DNA from: a bacterium
GTDB taxonomy: Bacteria; Babelota; Babeliae; Babelales; RVW-14
DNA: 41,327 nucleotides
Reading direction: 5' to 3'
Assembly (NCBI GenBank): GCA_043822925.1
Contig: JBDRBF010000024.1
Span: 1 to 41,327 of the forward strand
Position numbers and translations under genes: made by a program
In this document: positions 1 to 10,841 of the stretch, piece by piece
Position numbering within the stretch: position 1 is the stretch's first letter
Layout of the letters: each line of letters starts with the position of its first letter
The notes under the pieces: model-generated
Databases searched by the model: none
What the model was told of the DNA's origin: nothing
Seen by the model: the letters and a program-made list of their open reading frames with translations, nothing else

Positions 1-1
1 C

Positions 2-178
2 GATGCGCAAATTTATGAACTCTTACTCAAAACATATAATCTTAAGCCAGAAGAATGTTTATTTATTGACGACTTTGAAGAAAACATCGATGGCGCAAAA
101 AAATGCAATATAAACGGTATCTTATGCACCGAACAAGCACACTTATTTGATCAGCTCAAAAATCTCAATATTTTGTAA
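2..178 (+). CDS. HAD-family hydrolase, C-terminal part (5' end outside window)
   Basis: Manual translation DAQIYELLLKTYNLKPEECLFIDDFEENIDGAKKCNINGI...NIL*; PEECLFIDD..EN..GA is HAD motif IV. Confidence 0.85.
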   Translation, partial: DAQIYELLLKTYNLKPEECLFIDDFEENIDGAKKCNINGILCTEQAHLFDQLKNLNIL

Positions 179-309
179 GTAGGAGTGTGTGCATATCTTA
201 GGGGACTCGAACCCCTATATCCGGCGTCTGAGTGCGCCCGGGTCCTACCAAAAGATATACAAAATAACACACTCCAGAGCAGACAAAATAACGTATCGAA
301 CACACTTTA

Positions 310-1635
310 TCAATCGAAATTTAATGACGATTTAAATAACGCTGCAACAGCATATAACGGATACGAGTCTATTTTTTCATGCTTTGAATAATTTTGCGTA
401 GAAAAACGCACGCCATACGGCACCTGAGCATGGCTTTCTAAAAACGAATGCATGCTCCTGAGTGTCGAGCCAGATCCACCTTTAACCTCAATTGGAATAA
501 CAAATTCCCCTTTTTGAACAAGATAGTCTACCTCTGCATTACTACTTGGAACTTTTCGCTGCCAATAATACAAATGTTTTTTAGAATGTACGGCTGCATA
601 TGCAAGAATCTCTTGTCCAACAAAAGCCTCTACAATTTCACCCTTATTAATAAACTGCTGCTCTGGATTTAAAAACCAAGATTCAAGATCAAGATCCAAA
701 AGTGCCTGGCTAAGAGCAATATCCAAAAAAATAACTTTGTAAGACTCAGGATCAACCTGCGCCCCCAATGGTATGCCCTGTCCTGCGCTATGCGTCACTT
801 TATGAATCACCCCAGCAGTGTTCAACAACTCAAGTGCCGGCGCAAGATCACGCTTACGGAAGTCCCCATCAATACTGCTAAACTTAAATTTTTTGCCAAC
901 TTGTCGTGGCACGCTGTCAAAAACTGCATCAACATGTTTAATTTGATACGTATCGGCATACTTAGGAAAATCTTGGCGATACGTATCGATCAATGCATGC
1001 TGCAACGCAAAACAGCGTAATGGATCTTTTGTTTGCTGCCAACAAGCAACAATCCCCGGCATACCCCCGATAGCCATATATTCACTCACAAGTTTTAAAA
1101 AGTTTTTATGCACCGGCTCTGACATCGGCTCATTAATGGGATGAGAAAGTATCTCCCGCGCCACAATTTCACCATCCATGACAAGCAAATATTCAAGAAA
1201 CGACAGTGGGTACATATACACTGACTCAACTCTGCCCACTGGTATACCAACTTTTTCAATGGCAAAATCAATTAAAGACCCAGCAGCAATAACATGCAAT
1301 TCCGGAATACGTTCATACAAATAACGTAATGCCGTGACGGCATTCGGAACAACTTGAATCTCATCGATAAATAAAAGTGTCTTGCCCGGCGTTATCGGCT
1401 TTTTTAAAAACAAAGAAAGATCTCGCACTATTCTATGTGCATCAAAATCTGATTCAAAAATTGCACGAGCAGCTGGTTGTTCTTCCAAATTCACCTCTAC
1501 AAAAGATGCAAATTGTTTGCCGAGTTGTTGGGCAGCGTATGTTTTTCCCACCTGACGCGCACCGCGCAAAAGAAGCGGCTTACGGAATTTGGCATCTTTC
1601 CACTTAATAAGCTCACGGTCAATTAAGCGTTTCAT
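310..1635 (-). CDS. AAA_14 / DUF4143-type ATP-binding protein
   Basis: RGARQVGKT Walker A, LFIDEIQ Walker B, YYWQR..AEVDYL..IPIEVK C-terminus. Start placed at ATG 1635 (MKRLI) behind AAAGGGG; the longer ORF start at 1752 runs through a tandem repeat. Confidence 0.9.
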   Translation of the reverse strand: MKRLIDRELIKWKDAKFRKPLLLRGARQVGKTYAAQQLGKQFASFVEVNLEEQPAARAIFESDFDAHRIVRDLSLFLKKPITPGKTLLFIDEIQVVPNAVTALRYLYERIPELHVIAAGSLIDFAIEKVGIPVGRVESVYMYPLSFLEYLLVMDGEIVAREILSHPINEPMSEPVHKNFLKLVSEYMAIGGMPGIVACWQQTKDPLRCFALQHALIDTYRQDFPKYADTYQIKHVDAVFDSVPRQVGKKFKFSSIDGDFRKRDLAPALELLNTAGVIHKVTHSAGQGIPLGAQVDPESYKVIFLDIALSQALLDLDLESWFLNPEQQFINKGEIVEAFVGQEILAYAAVHSKKHLYYWQRKVPSSNAEVDYLVQKGEFVIPIEVKGGSGSTLRSMHSFLESHAQVPYGVRFSTQNYSKHEKIDSYPLYAVAALFKSSLNFD

Positions 1636-1654
1636 GAGACCCCTTTTACTATGC

Positions 1655-1771
1655 ATGGTTAAAATTAAGGGCAACTTTCGCACCTTTATGGTCAAAAACA
1701 AGGGCACTTTTCCTGCATTCGTGGTCAAAAATAAGGGCACTTTGTTCATCAATATGGTCGAAATTCAAGGC
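1655..1771. repeat. 33-bp tandem repeat, about 3.5 units
   Basis: Units start at 1655, 1688, 1721 and 1754 with a core close to RTGGTYAAAAWYAAGGGCA in the first three and a more diverged fourth. Confidence 0.85.
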
Positions 1772-1864
1772 AAGAGCAATAAAATATGCCATAAATATCA
1801 CTTTTTGCATAAAAAGCACTGCTCAACTTTTTTGGAATCTCCCTGCCCCTGCTAAATTGACAAG

Positions 1865-1893
1865 TTGACATGTTTTATCGAAAAGGCTATTCT
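1865..1893 (+). promoter_or_regulatory. sigma70-like promoter
   Basis: TTGACA-N17-TATTCT upstream of the CDS at 1997. Confidence 0.6.
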
Positions 1894-1996
1894 TTCTATA
1901 TCTACTTACGACATATGCCATAAATGCAATATGTTAGCTTTTAACACCCAAGTACCCTCAAAAATATATATCAGCTTTAAAAACTCAGGAGAGACT

Positions 1997-3049
1997 ATGT
2001 TAAAAACATCGCTTTTCAAAAATTTAAAATTCAAAACACTTTTCTTAAGTATGTTCGCCTTTCTTTTTACCGTTAATGTGCAGACAAAAACAACCGTTGA
2101 TCTCTCATCATTTTATTTACCAAAGAATAATACCGACTCTCACGAGTTCAAAAAATTTCTCGATAAATTTTTTAAAGATACTGATGTCATAGAATTTTTT
2201 ATTAAACAAGCAAAACCCATACGATTATACGATACACAACGTTACCACCCAAACGAATACCCTGAAGTTATGCCTGCATACCAAAAGCACATGTTGCTTG
2301 TGCAACAACAAGCACCTGCTCGTAAACAACTATGGACAAAAATTTGCCAAAAATATGAATTTAAAATTATAAACACAAAAAGCCACTGTTTTACTATGCA
2401 ATTTAAAAATTTCCCAAAATTTGTCTTAAAATTACCAAAAGAACAATGGCCGCTTCCATTTCAAAATATTAGCAGAGTTTTTTATAACGGAGACATCGAA
2501 AATTTCATAAAAAATAACAAAATCGAAAGCATAAAAACCGTTGGGAAATATCTTTACTTGTTCCCAACTGCAAAACAGCAATTACAGGAAGATGGCTTTG
2601 ATAAAAAAAATATACCACTCGATGAAAAATATCTTAACGACAATAACTTCGCCGTCATTGCAAATTTTATACCAAACCTACCAGAAGATAACAAAAACAG
2701 TTTTCCAAAAGAATGGACTGAAGATCAAATATATGACATGGGACTTCTAATAGCCTACGGCATTGGGGGAACATGGGATATAAAAAGCAACCTCTTTTAC
2801 CTCAAAGAAGAAGATAAATTTATAATCGTGGACACAGAAGAATCAGGACTTGATGCATGGCTCATCCGCCCAGGAGAACAGAAATATCGCTTAGAAAATG
2901 AATGGGATAGATTTAGCCACTGCGTAGAACGTTTTAGATTAGCTAACAATAAACTCTCTTCAAAAGGAAAAGTTGAAAAACAAAGAAAAATTGCCAATGA
3001 AGTTAATGGAGCGCTCAACGATTTAATCGAAATTCCCAAAACAAAATAG
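1997..3049 (+). CDS. secreted hypothetical protein with protein-kinase-like motifs
   Basis: GGAGAG RBS before ATG 1997; N-terminal hydrophobic signal; FVLKLP, WDIKSNL and IIVDTE motifs in kinase order. Confidence 0.6.
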   Translation: MLKTSLFKNLKFKTLFLSMFAFLFTVNVQTKTTVDLSSFYLPKNNTDSHEFKKFLDKFFKDTDVIEFFIKQAKPIRLYDTQRYHPNEYPEVMPAYQKHMLLVQQQAPARKQLWTKICQKYEFKIINTKSHCFTMQFKNFPKFVLKLPKEQWPLPFQNISRVFYNGDIENFIKNNKIESIKTVGKYLYLFPTAKQQLQEDGFDKKNIPLDEKYLNDNNFAVIANFIPNLPEDNKNSFPKEWTEDQIYDMGLLIAYGIGGTWDIKSNLFYLKEEDKFIIVDTEESGLDAWLIRPGEQKYRLENEWDRFSHCVERFRLANNKLSSKGKVEKQRKIANEVNGALNDLIEIPKTK

Positions 3050-3087
3050 TTATAAACGTACGATAATTATATCGTTTAACAAAAATT

Positions 3088-3115
3088 AAAGAGCCGGTCA
3101 GTCCGGCTCTTTTTT
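3088..3115. terminator. bidirectional intrinsic terminator
   Basis: AAAGAGCCGG-tcagt-CCGGCTCTTT followed by a T run, between convergent ORFs. Confidence 0.85.
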
Positions 3116-3119
3116 ATTT

Positions 3120-3446
3120 TTACCAAGAGACATCTTGACGCCCAACAGCAATCAAACGCAACTTTTTAAGTATTTCGTCAGAATTTAAAAAAGATCCAAG
3201 TATCGCAATTCGCCCGTCAAAAACATACCGTGACTTGCCCGTCTCAAGATCTTTTACGTCAACCCCAAATTTATCTTTTACAGATATTATGCCCACGCCA
3301 TGTTTTTCATACACATCTGTTTTATTGGGTATCTCTCGAACCGTGTATAAACATTCAATAATCAGCCCCTTGCCCATATATAACTCAGCATGCGTTATGC
3401 GTCCTACTGTTTCGTCATACAAAAAAATAACATCTGCAAATTTCCC
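3120..3446 (-). pseudogene. truncated NlpC/P60-like (C40 peptidase) C-terminal fragment
   Basis: GKFADVIFLYDETVGRITHAELYMGKGLIIE resembles the GDLIF...ITHVGIYIGNG pattern; in-frame TAG immediately upstream; no catalytic Cys (DCS) segment seen. Confidence 0.45.
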
Positions 3447-3496
3447 CTATAAATCAAATATCTTCTTTTATTATTCCCGCTACTTTTTTATCCTCT

Positions 3497-3524
3497 TGTC
3501 ATCCCAAACGTGGTCTAGGATCCA
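3497..3524. repeat. palindromic repeat family A (TGTCATCCC...GGATCCA), degenerate, without insert
   Basis: tgtcatcccaaacgtggtctaggatcca resembles the copies at 10842, 20432 and 39741; overlaps the glycosyltransferase stop codon. Confidence 0.65.
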
Positions 3525-4743
3525 GATCCCTATATATATCAAAATATTTTTCGACCACCTGATCTATAGAATATTTATGAGCCAATTGTAAATTAGCATC
3601 ACGCATTTTTGTAGCAAGCTCCTGATTTTCATATAATTTTTTAAACGCACAGACAAAAAGCTCGATATTATTTACCAACACCAAAAACCCATTAATTCCA
3701 TCAATAAGTACGTCATGATACGCACTTTCATGCGTCGTTATTATAGGCAACCCAAAAGCAAGCCCCTCAAGAAGTGCAATCGAAAGTCCCTCACTCTGTG
3801 ACGAAAAAGCTAAACAATCAAATATACTATAAAAACGATACGCATCAGTGCGAAACCCCGTAAATAAAACATGTTTTTCTAGGCCTAACTGCGCGACAAG
3901 AGCTTCTAATTTTACACGCTCTGGCCCATCGCCAACCAAACATAATTTTATATTTTTTTGATCATGCGCTTGCACAGAGCACGCCCCAGAAGCCTGCTCG
4001 TGGGTAAGAGCGCCTGTCCCAGACATGCTGTCCAAAAACTTTTTAAACGCCAAAATCAAAATATCGTACGACTTAATAACCTGCAAACGCCCAACTGCGC
4101 CAACAATAAAATCATGCTGACCAAACCCAAGCTCTTGACGCAATAATGGTGTAGCATGAGCTCGAGCGCGCAAAGCATTCACGTCTATGCCATTTTTTAT
4201 GACAACTAAATTAGCACGAACATGCGCAGCTTTTTTCTTATTTTTAATAGCACCAATAATCGTTTTATTATAATTTTCACGCACAAAATCTGAGACGCAA
4301 ATAATTTTTGCAGACATATGTGCAGTATACATATCGAACAGATTACGCACGCGCCCTTCGTCAGATGTCGCCCCATGCTGATCGCTAATTACTGGAATCT
4401 TTAAACGCTTACCAACAAAACGCCCCATAATATTGGACGACCAAAGCGCCGTATGTATAACATCTGGCTTAAATTTTTGAATTTCGCTTTTTAAACGCAT
4501 ATATGCAATAGGATCATAATGGTGCAGCAAACCAGTAATTTTATACGTCTTAATCCCAAGCTGTTCTATTTTTTTTCTATTAGGCCCATCATAAAAATAG
4601 GCCACGCAGTGAGCATCACACAACCTCTTGCAAGCACTATTTATGCCCGCATCGCCCGGCACCGCATGCGCTAAAAAATTATAAAGCGCCGACTCAGCGC
4701 CACCAATACCAAGACCGGTTATGATATGGAATATCTTCACCAA
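3499..4743 (-). CDS. glycosyltransferase family 4 (GT-B)
   Basis: HIITGLGIGGAE, VGRL..IK, VGDGPER, EGLSIALLEGLAFGLPII (EX7E motif). Confidence 0.93.
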   Translation of the reverse strand: MVKIFHIITGLGIGGAESALYNFLAHAVPGDAGINSACKRLCDAHCVAYFYDGPNRKKIEQLGIKTYKITGLLHHYDPIAYMRLKSEIQKFKPDVIHTALWSSNIMGRFVGKRLKIPVISDQHGATSDEGRVRNLFDMYTAHMSAKIICVSDFVRENYNKTIIGAIKNKKKAAHVRANLVVIKNGIDVNALRARAHATPLLRQELGFGQHDFIVGAVGRLQVIKSYDILILAFKKFLDSMSGTGALTHEQASGACSVQAHDQKNIKLCLVGDGPERVKLEALVAQLGLEKHVLFTGFRTDAYRFYSIFDCLAFSSQSEGLSIALLEGLAFGLPIITTHESAYHDVLIDGINGFLVLVNNIELFVCAFKKLYENQELATKMRDANLQLAHKYSIDQVVEKYFDIYRDLDPRPRLG

Positions 4744-4775
4744 ACACCTACCACAAAAAGCAATTTCATAAAACT

Positions 4776-4804
4776 TTGACAGAGATAGAACATCGCTCTA
4801 TTAT
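4776..4804 (+). promoter_or_regulatory. sigma70-like promoter
   Basis: TTGACA-N17-TATTAT upstream of the CDS at 4870. Confidence 0.55.
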
Positions 4805-4869
4805 AATCGCCTCGGGTTAAACTTTATACTCTTTAATTAATACTAAAATAATAACTGAAAGAACCGTTT

Positions 4870-5859
4870 ATGTTTAAAAATATTTTATTAACAACACTTC
4901 TTATTTTATCAAGCACCCAATTGTGTACAGGGATGCAAGAAGATAAAGGCTCTCAAAATCTTGCATGTTATGACGAATCTGAAGACTTTAACGAATCAAA
5001 TCAAAAAGCGTTTAGACTTTTTATGCCCGGACTCTGTCGCGTTACCATGCCATGCAAAGAAAAATTAAAAAAAGACTTTAATACTCGCGCATTAAAAGAT
5101 TTCGCAAAAGACTCCGCCATACTTGAGCGATGGGCTGACCAAAAACTGACAATCTCCCGAATAGAAGAAATCAAAGACCTAGAAATTGACCTATACCTAC
5201 AATACAAATTTGCAAAATCACCATTCAAAGCATTTGAAATCCCCCACATACAATTTGAACTGGAATTATCAATTAACGAAATTCTCGATAAAGATTATTT
5301 GTCACGCGCCCCTGAAGCTCAGGCTCAAATTAAATCATGGAGAAAACCTCTATCCAGAATATTCAAATTATATGAATCAGAAAAAATCGATAAAAATAAA
5401 TACCCAAACAGCGGAAAAATGCCTGATACTAAAACATTACAAGCTGCTTTTGCGAAACACAACGAATTAAAAACATGTGCAGAGCAAACTTATATTATAC
5501 AGGAATTAACTAAAAAAATAGTGCTACCAGTACACATACACTTCGCTGAAGAAGCAATGCTAAGCCTATATTTTCTAAAAAACAGAATATTACTCCCAAA
5601 AGACATGCTCTTGGAAAAATTAAAACTTATCGATAAAGCTTTTGGAAAAGCTATCACTGATGTCTTAAAAGACCAACCCAAGCTCAAAGAAAAATATCAA
5701 AGGCTCAGAGGAAAGAGTCCGATGCTCACAAATATGATCACTGTATTCTCCGAGCTTAAAGATACCCCTCAAGAAAATCCAGTTATCATAGGCTCCCCAG
5801 CCATAGAAAACTTCTTCGACCAGACAAAAGTTCTTCCAACTAAGAAACATAACTGTTAA
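4870..5859 (+). CDS. secreted hypothetical protein
   Basis: 329-aa ORF with signal peptide MFKNILLTTLLILSSTQLCTG; no recognised domain. Confidence 0.75.
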   Translation: MFKNILLTTLLILSSTQLCTGMQEDKGSQNLACYDESEDFNESNQKAFRLFMPGLCRVTMPCKEKLKKDFNTRALKDFAKDSAILERWADQKLTISRIEEIKDLEIDLYLQYKFAKSPFKAFEIPHIQFELELSINEILDKDYLSRAPEAQAQIKSWRKPLSRIFKLYESEKIDKNKYPNSGKMPDTKTLQAAFAKHNELKTCAEQTYIIQELTKKIVLPVHIHFAEEAMLSLYFLKNRILLPKDMLLEKLKLIDKAFGKAITDVLKDQPKLKEKYQRLRGKSPMLTNMITVFSELKDTPQENPVIIGSPAIENFFDQTKVLPTKKHNC

Positions 5860-6302
5860 GTAAAAACTCGAACAAAACCCGCGAAAACCCCATTCAGGGC
5901 TAAACTACGCCCTGAAACTTTTCACACTAAAATAATTAACACACATAGCCCGGCTTACAAACACAAAAACCCATACTATATTAATTACTATAAGCAAATA
6001 TAATCACAAAAATTTCGACTTTAAAAGAACTAAACCCGATGGTGGGCAGAGCCCCCTCTAATTCCCAGCTAACAGTTTTTGTGCTCAAAAGCAAAATATT
6101 CAACAAGTAGACCCCAAAGCTACTGAATTACTAAACCTATTCGGTCAAGAAGTCGCTACAATAAACATGGACAAAATAATAAAAAAAGCAGGGAAAAAGC
6201 TTATTAAGAAGATGAAAAAGAAGCCAATGAAGTATCAGAAAACTGGAAAATATGGTCAAAAATATTGGATGGCAATAATTAAGCCTTAACAAAGCGTTTA
6301 CA

Positions 6303-6347
6303 AAAAGAGAGAGCCTGGCATTTTTTATATACCAGGCTCTCTCTTTT
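6303..6347. terminator. intrinsic terminator downstream of rpoD (bidirectional)
   Basis: 16-bp perfect stem AAAAGAGAGAGCCTGG / CCAGGCTCTCTCTTTT. Confidence 0.88.
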
Positions 6348-6378
6348 ATTTATCATACACATTTAACGTGTATATATA

Positions 6379-8988
6379 CTAATCAAAATCTTCGTCAAAA
6401 TCATCGCCATCGCCACTTACATCAATGTCTACACCCGTATCATCCATATCTTTTGGCAAATCACCATTTTCAGCTGCTAAAGCATCAACTTCTTTATCAA
6501 AGAACGATTGCAACTTTTTACTGCGTGATGGATGCCTGAGTTTGCGCAATGCTTTTACTTCAATCTGACGAATACGTTCACGAGTTACTGAAAAGTCTTT
6601 ACCCACTTCTTCAAGTGTATGCTCAGACGCAACGTCTATACCAAAACGCATCTTAAGCACTTTTTCTTCACGTGGGGTAAGCGTCTTGAGTATTTCACGT
6701 ACTTTTTCTTTAAGATCGTCGTTAACCATGGCGTCAACTGGTGTGTATTCGTTCTCGTCTTCAATAAAGTCTTTTAAGTACGTATCATCACTATCACCAA
6801 CCGGCGTTTCTAACGATACCGGCTCTTTGGATATTTTAACGATATTTTTAATCTTCTTTTCATCAAGATTAAGTTCTTTGGCCAGTTCTGCATATGAAGG
6901 ATCACGCCCCTGTTCTTGAACATAGGCACGTGTAATTTTGTTAATCTTGCTTAACGTTTCGACCATATGTACTGGTACGCGAATTGTACGGGATTGATCA
7001 GCGATTGCGCGTGTTATGGCCTGACGGATCCACCAGGTTGCATACGTCGAGAACTTAAAGCCACGTTCGAATTCAAATTTTTCAACAGCTTTGAGCAAAC
7101 CTATATTACCTTCTTGAATTAAATCAAGAAAGTGCAAGCCACGATTAATATATTTTTTGGCGATATTAACAACAAGCCGCAAGTTAGCACGAGCCAAGTC
7201 ATCTTTAGCTGCTTTATCTTGCTTTTGAGCAGCAGCGAACTGTCTATATAATTTGTTTGTTTCATTAAGTGTTAACCCACTTTCTGATTCAACTTTCTTT
7301 ATAAGTTTTTGTGCGGTACGAATTTGATTGTTTAACTCTTCTACAAGTTGTAAATCGTTCTCTGTTTTATCTTTGATACCCTTATAGAATTTCAGCTTTT
7401 CTTCACATTTTTTGATTTCATCAACACGTTCTTCTATTTTAAGAACGATTTTTTCTATTCTTTTACCAAATTTACGAATCTGTTTATTCGAAAATTTTAT
7501 TTCTTTAATCGTAGCAATAACTTGTTTTCTATTTTCATCAACATCTGAAAGCATCTGTTTCTTTTTGTCTTCAGAATCAAGCTTACCACGATACGAATGA
7601 TAAATAACCTCTTCGTTAGCAACTGCTGTTTTAATTTTACCAAGCGTCAATAAAAGCTTATTCTTTTCTTCTTCAAACTTTGGTGAATTATCTTCATCAA
7701 AGTCAGAAAACTGAATAAGATCTTTAAGAAAAATAGGATCTTTAGAAACACGGTCTTCTATATTCATCAGCTCTTTGGCAACAAACGGAAACCGCACGAT
7801 TGCATCTATAGAATCTTTTTTGCCTTTAGCGATTTTAGTGGCAATAACTTTTTCAGTAATTTTATTTAATAACGGAATCTTACCAATTTCTTTTAAATAT
7901 AATTTTACAGGATCGTTAAGCTGACTTGGCTCAATAAAATCTTTAAGTTTTTCAGTGTCGCGATCTGATGAAAGCGAATCATCACCTAAATCATCTGATA
8001 AATCAGCACCTTCGATAGATAATTCAAGATCTGGAGAACGAGCTTCAAATAATCCACTACCATCTTCATCCCCAACAAAGTCAGAAATAACATGTGGAGC
8101 TGTCTCATGCTCTTCTTGAGTTATTAAATCAATATTTTCTTTATCAAGCAACTGCAAAAGCTCGTTAAGATCTTCTTCATTAAGATTATATCGTTGACTA
8201 AAAGACATCACTTCATCAAACGTTAGAACACCTTCGCGGCTTCCTTTTTCAATGAGCAGCTCTACCTGTTTTTCAATACTTTTAAGCGATATTCCGGATC
8301 CAGGAATTCCACCTTTTTTATCTAGTAATAAATCTGCATCTTTTTCATCTCGTAAAAGACCAAGTATTTTATTGTTACTGATTCTTTTTTTTATAGCTTC
8401 CCGGTCTTTAATAATCTTTCGCGTAGATTCTGCGGTAAGTATATTCGTTAATTTTTTAAGAGGCGCGAAAGTCAACCGAGCCGGTGTCTTTTGATTTTTT
8501 TTAGCAACAGTTTTTGGCACGATTACAGGAGTTACTTTTTGTACTGTTTTCGGCGTCACCTTAACGGGGTCAGAAACGGTTTTCTTTACTATTTTTTGCA
8601 CTATTTTTGGCGCAACCTTAGTAACTGCCTGAGCTATTTTTGGCATAACTTTTGATGTAACTTTAGGCACCACTACAAACTTTTTAGGAGCTAAAGCCAC
8701 TTTTTTCTCTATTTTCTTAACTGATGCAACTGCTACTACTTTTGTCTTTTTTCCTGGCACAATTTTTTTTCTTAGCACGCCTTTTACTGGTGAAGCCTGC
8801 TTCTTAATTGCTTTTACAGATTTTACCTGTTTTGCCGATTTCACACGCTTTATAGTTTTTGCCTGTTTTGTTTTCTTTGATTGAGCAACTATTTTTTTAT
8901 TTTTTGCACTTTTATGAACAACTTTTTTTGCGATTTTTTTTACAGTCTTTGCTTTCTTGCCCGCACGCTTCTTTTTCACCGTCTTCAT
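6379..8988 (-). CDS. rpoD: RNA polymerase primary sigma factor with long Lys-rich N-terminal extension
   Basis: [11 protein letters not shown] (region 1.2), [51 protein letters not shown]. Confidence 0.98.
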   Translation of the reverse strand: MKTVKKKRAGKKAKTVKKIAKKVVHKSAKNKKIVAQSKKTKQAKTIKRVKSAKQVKSVKAIKKQASPVKGVLRKKIVPGKKTKVVAVASVKKIEKKVALAPKKFVVVPKVTSKVMPKIAQAVTKVAPKIVQKIVKKTVSDPVKVTPKTVQKVTPVIVPKTVAKKNQKTPARLTFAPLKKLTNILTAESTRKIIKDREAIKKRISNNKILGLLRDEKDADLLLDKKGGIPGSGISLKSIEKQVELLIEKGSREGVLTFDEVMSFSQRYNLNEEDLNELLQLLDKENIDLITQEEHETAPHVISDFVGDEDGSGLFEARSPDLELSIEGADLSDDLGDDSLSSDRDTEKLKDFIEPSQLNDPVKLYLKEIGKIPLLNKITEKVIATKIAKGKKDSIDAIVRFPFVAKELMNIEDRVSKDPIFLKDLIQFSDFDEDNSPKFEEEKNKLLLTLGKIKTAVANEEVIYHSYRGKLDSEDKKKQMLSDVDENRKQVIATIKEIKFSNKQIRKFGKRIEKIVLKIEERVDEIKKCEEKLKFYKGIKDKTENDLQLVEELNNQIRTAQKLIKKVESESGLTLNETNKLYRQFAAAQKQDKAAKDDLARANLRLVVNIAKKYINRGLHFLDLIQEGNIGLLKAVEKFEFERGFKFSTYATWWIRQAITRAIADQSRTIRVPVHMVETLSKINKITRAYVQEQGRDPSYAELAKELNLDEKKIKNIVKISKEPVSLETPVGDSDDTYLKDFIEDENEYTPVDAMVNDDLKEKVREILKTLTPREEKVLKMRFGIDVASEHTLEEVGKDFSVTRERIRQIEVKALRKLRHPSRSKKLQSFFDKEVDALAAENGDLPKDMDDTGVDIDVSGDGDDFDEDFD

Positions 8989-10829
8989 ACCAAACCTTTA
9001 CTTAAAAATTTTTGCTTCAATCGTGAAAATCTACCGAATAACTCACTTAACGCGGCTTGATCATTCTCCTGTTTTGCTTTCGAAATATCTTGTCTAATAA
9101 CTTGGACTATATTTTTCCAGTTATGCTTACAAAAACAAACAACAAGTTGATCAAACTCCTCTTTATTAACGGGAACGTCATACTTAATGCTTACCCGAGA
9201 CACTATCTGTTTTTCGTCATCATTAAGTGAGCTCATATACACAGTAAAAAATTCCGAAGATTTTGTACCTGTTTTTACCAACGCATATAATTTTTCTAAT
9301 AATCGTTGAATCCCCGGAGAAAAACACGGAACCAAATCTGACTCTATCTCTAAAATATCACCCGTTTTAAGAATGGCATTGAGTATAACAGAAAATATTT
9401 TTTCTTCTAGAATAGAGGCGTTTTCAAGCCATTTTTGCCCTTTTTCTTCACCCCCTACCCCATAAGCATCAAAATCTTGGCTTTCTTGGTTGCTATCTCC
9501 AGCCTGAACATGAGCCCCATACATCGTCTTTTTGACGAACTCGCTACGGCTTTGAGACATTAACAGGCCCTTTACCGTCTCAAAAGGCATTTGCATAGCG
9601 CTCGCAGCCTGATGAAGCAATAAATCCTGTTTAAAGGCATCAGATAACGAAGCAACAAGACCAACAACTTTTTTAGCAACCCCAAGCTTTACCGATAACG
9701 ATTGTTGCAAAAAGTCAGCGCCAACCATGCTTACAATATAAAAAGAAAAAATATCCTGACTCTGCTGCATCAATACAGACAAATCACCTTTACCATTTAA
9801 AAAAGTGTCTGGATCCTGTCCACCTGGTAGCAATAAAACGTTCAGCTCAATATCAACCTGCCAACAAAGCTGCGCAATGCGCAAAATAGCAGCTCTGCCC
9901 GCTTTGTCACCATCATATAAAAAATATAAAATTTTGGCATGACGCGCGAGCGTTTTTAAGTGATCAATCGTACACGCTGTACCCAGTGTCGCCACCGTAT
10001 TAGTATACCCATATTGCACCATAGCAAGACAGTCCATATACCCCTCGACCAAAAAAGCATTTTCGTTTTTTTGTATCGATTTTTTTGCTTTGTCAAAACC
10101 AAAAAGTAACTTGCCCTTGGAAAAAAAGTCAGATTCTTTGCTGTTATAATACTTAGCACGCTCATCTTCTTTTCTAAATATACGCCCCCCAAAACCACAG
10201 TAACGCCCCAGGTGATCAGCTATCGGAAACAAAATACGCTCTTCAAATGGGCTATAAAGCATCTTGCTGTCCATAACAATATGACACTCGAGCAAATCTT
10301 TAAGCATAAGATTTTGAGCCGCCATCGCTTTAGCAAAGTTATTTAAATTGCGCTGACCACTCGGGAAATAACCAACTTCGAACTCTTTTATTTGCTGCAA
10401 AGATAAGCCTCGATCAGTCAAATACCCAAGCGCTTCTTTATTTTGTAACAATTGGTCATGTGCCCACAAAGTTACTTGCTCATGCACGGCGTAATACGCC
10501 TCTTTTACTTCTGCCGACTTATTACCCGATAACTTGTTTTGATCAATATAATCAGGAATCTGGAGATTATACTGGTCTATCAAGTGCCGAGCACTTTCTA
10601 TTTGGGACACATTTTCTATCTTGGCAATAAATCCAATAACGTCACCTGATGCCTGGCATCCAAAACAATAAAAAATTTGTTTATCTGGGCTCACCGTAAA
10701 CGATGCATCAGTTTCTGCATGAAACGGACACGACCCCTTATAATAACTCCCCATCGGCCGGAGCGTTACATACTCAGAGATCACATCAAGTACCGAAAGC
10801 GAACTTTTTACAAAACCAAATAGATCCAT
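8985..10829 (-). CDS. dnaG: DNA primase
   Basis: CPFH...CFGC zinc finger, GFGGR, KYYNS, VEGYMD, YDGDKAG, DPD TOPRIM motifs; 4-bp overlap with rpoD. Confidence 0.97.
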   Translation of the reverse strand: MDLFGFVKSSLSVLDVISEYVTLRPMGSYYKGSCPFHAETDASFTVSPDKQIFYCFGCQASGDVIGFIAKIENVSQIESARHLIDQYNLQIPDYIDQNKLSGNKSAEVKEAYYAVHEQVTLWAHDQLLQNKEALGYLTDRGLSLQQIKEFEVGYFPSGQRNLNNFAKAMAAQNLMLKDLLECHIVMDSKMLYSPFEERILFPIADHLGRYCGFGGRIFRKEDERAKYYNSKESDFFSKGKLLFGFDKAKKSIQKNENAFLVEGYMDCLAMVQYGYTNTVATLGTACTIDHLKTLARHAKILYFLYDGDKAGRAAILRIAQLCWQVDIELNVLLLPGGQDPDTFLNGKGDLSVLMQQSQDIFSFYIVSMVGADFLQQSLSVKLGVAKKVVGLVASLSDAFKQDLLLHQAASAMQMPFETVKGLLMSQSRSEFVKKTMYGAHVQAGDSNQESQDFDAYGVGGEEKGQKWLENASILEEKIFSVILNAILKTGDILEIESDLVPCFSPGIQRLLEKLYALVKTGTKSSEFFTVYMSSLNDDEKQIVSRVSIKYDVPVNKEEFDQLVVCFCKHNWKNIVQVIRQDISKAKQENDQAALSELFGRFSRLKQKFLSKGLV

Positions 10830-10841
10830 ATGTTATTGCCC

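Noticed and set aside
198-218. tRNA gene
   Set aside because: Only a T-arm-like hairpin is present; no acceptor stem, D arm or anticodon arm can be built.
1655-1771. CRISPR array
   Set aside because: Repeats are degenerate, linkers are only about 10-13 bp, and no cas genes are in the window.
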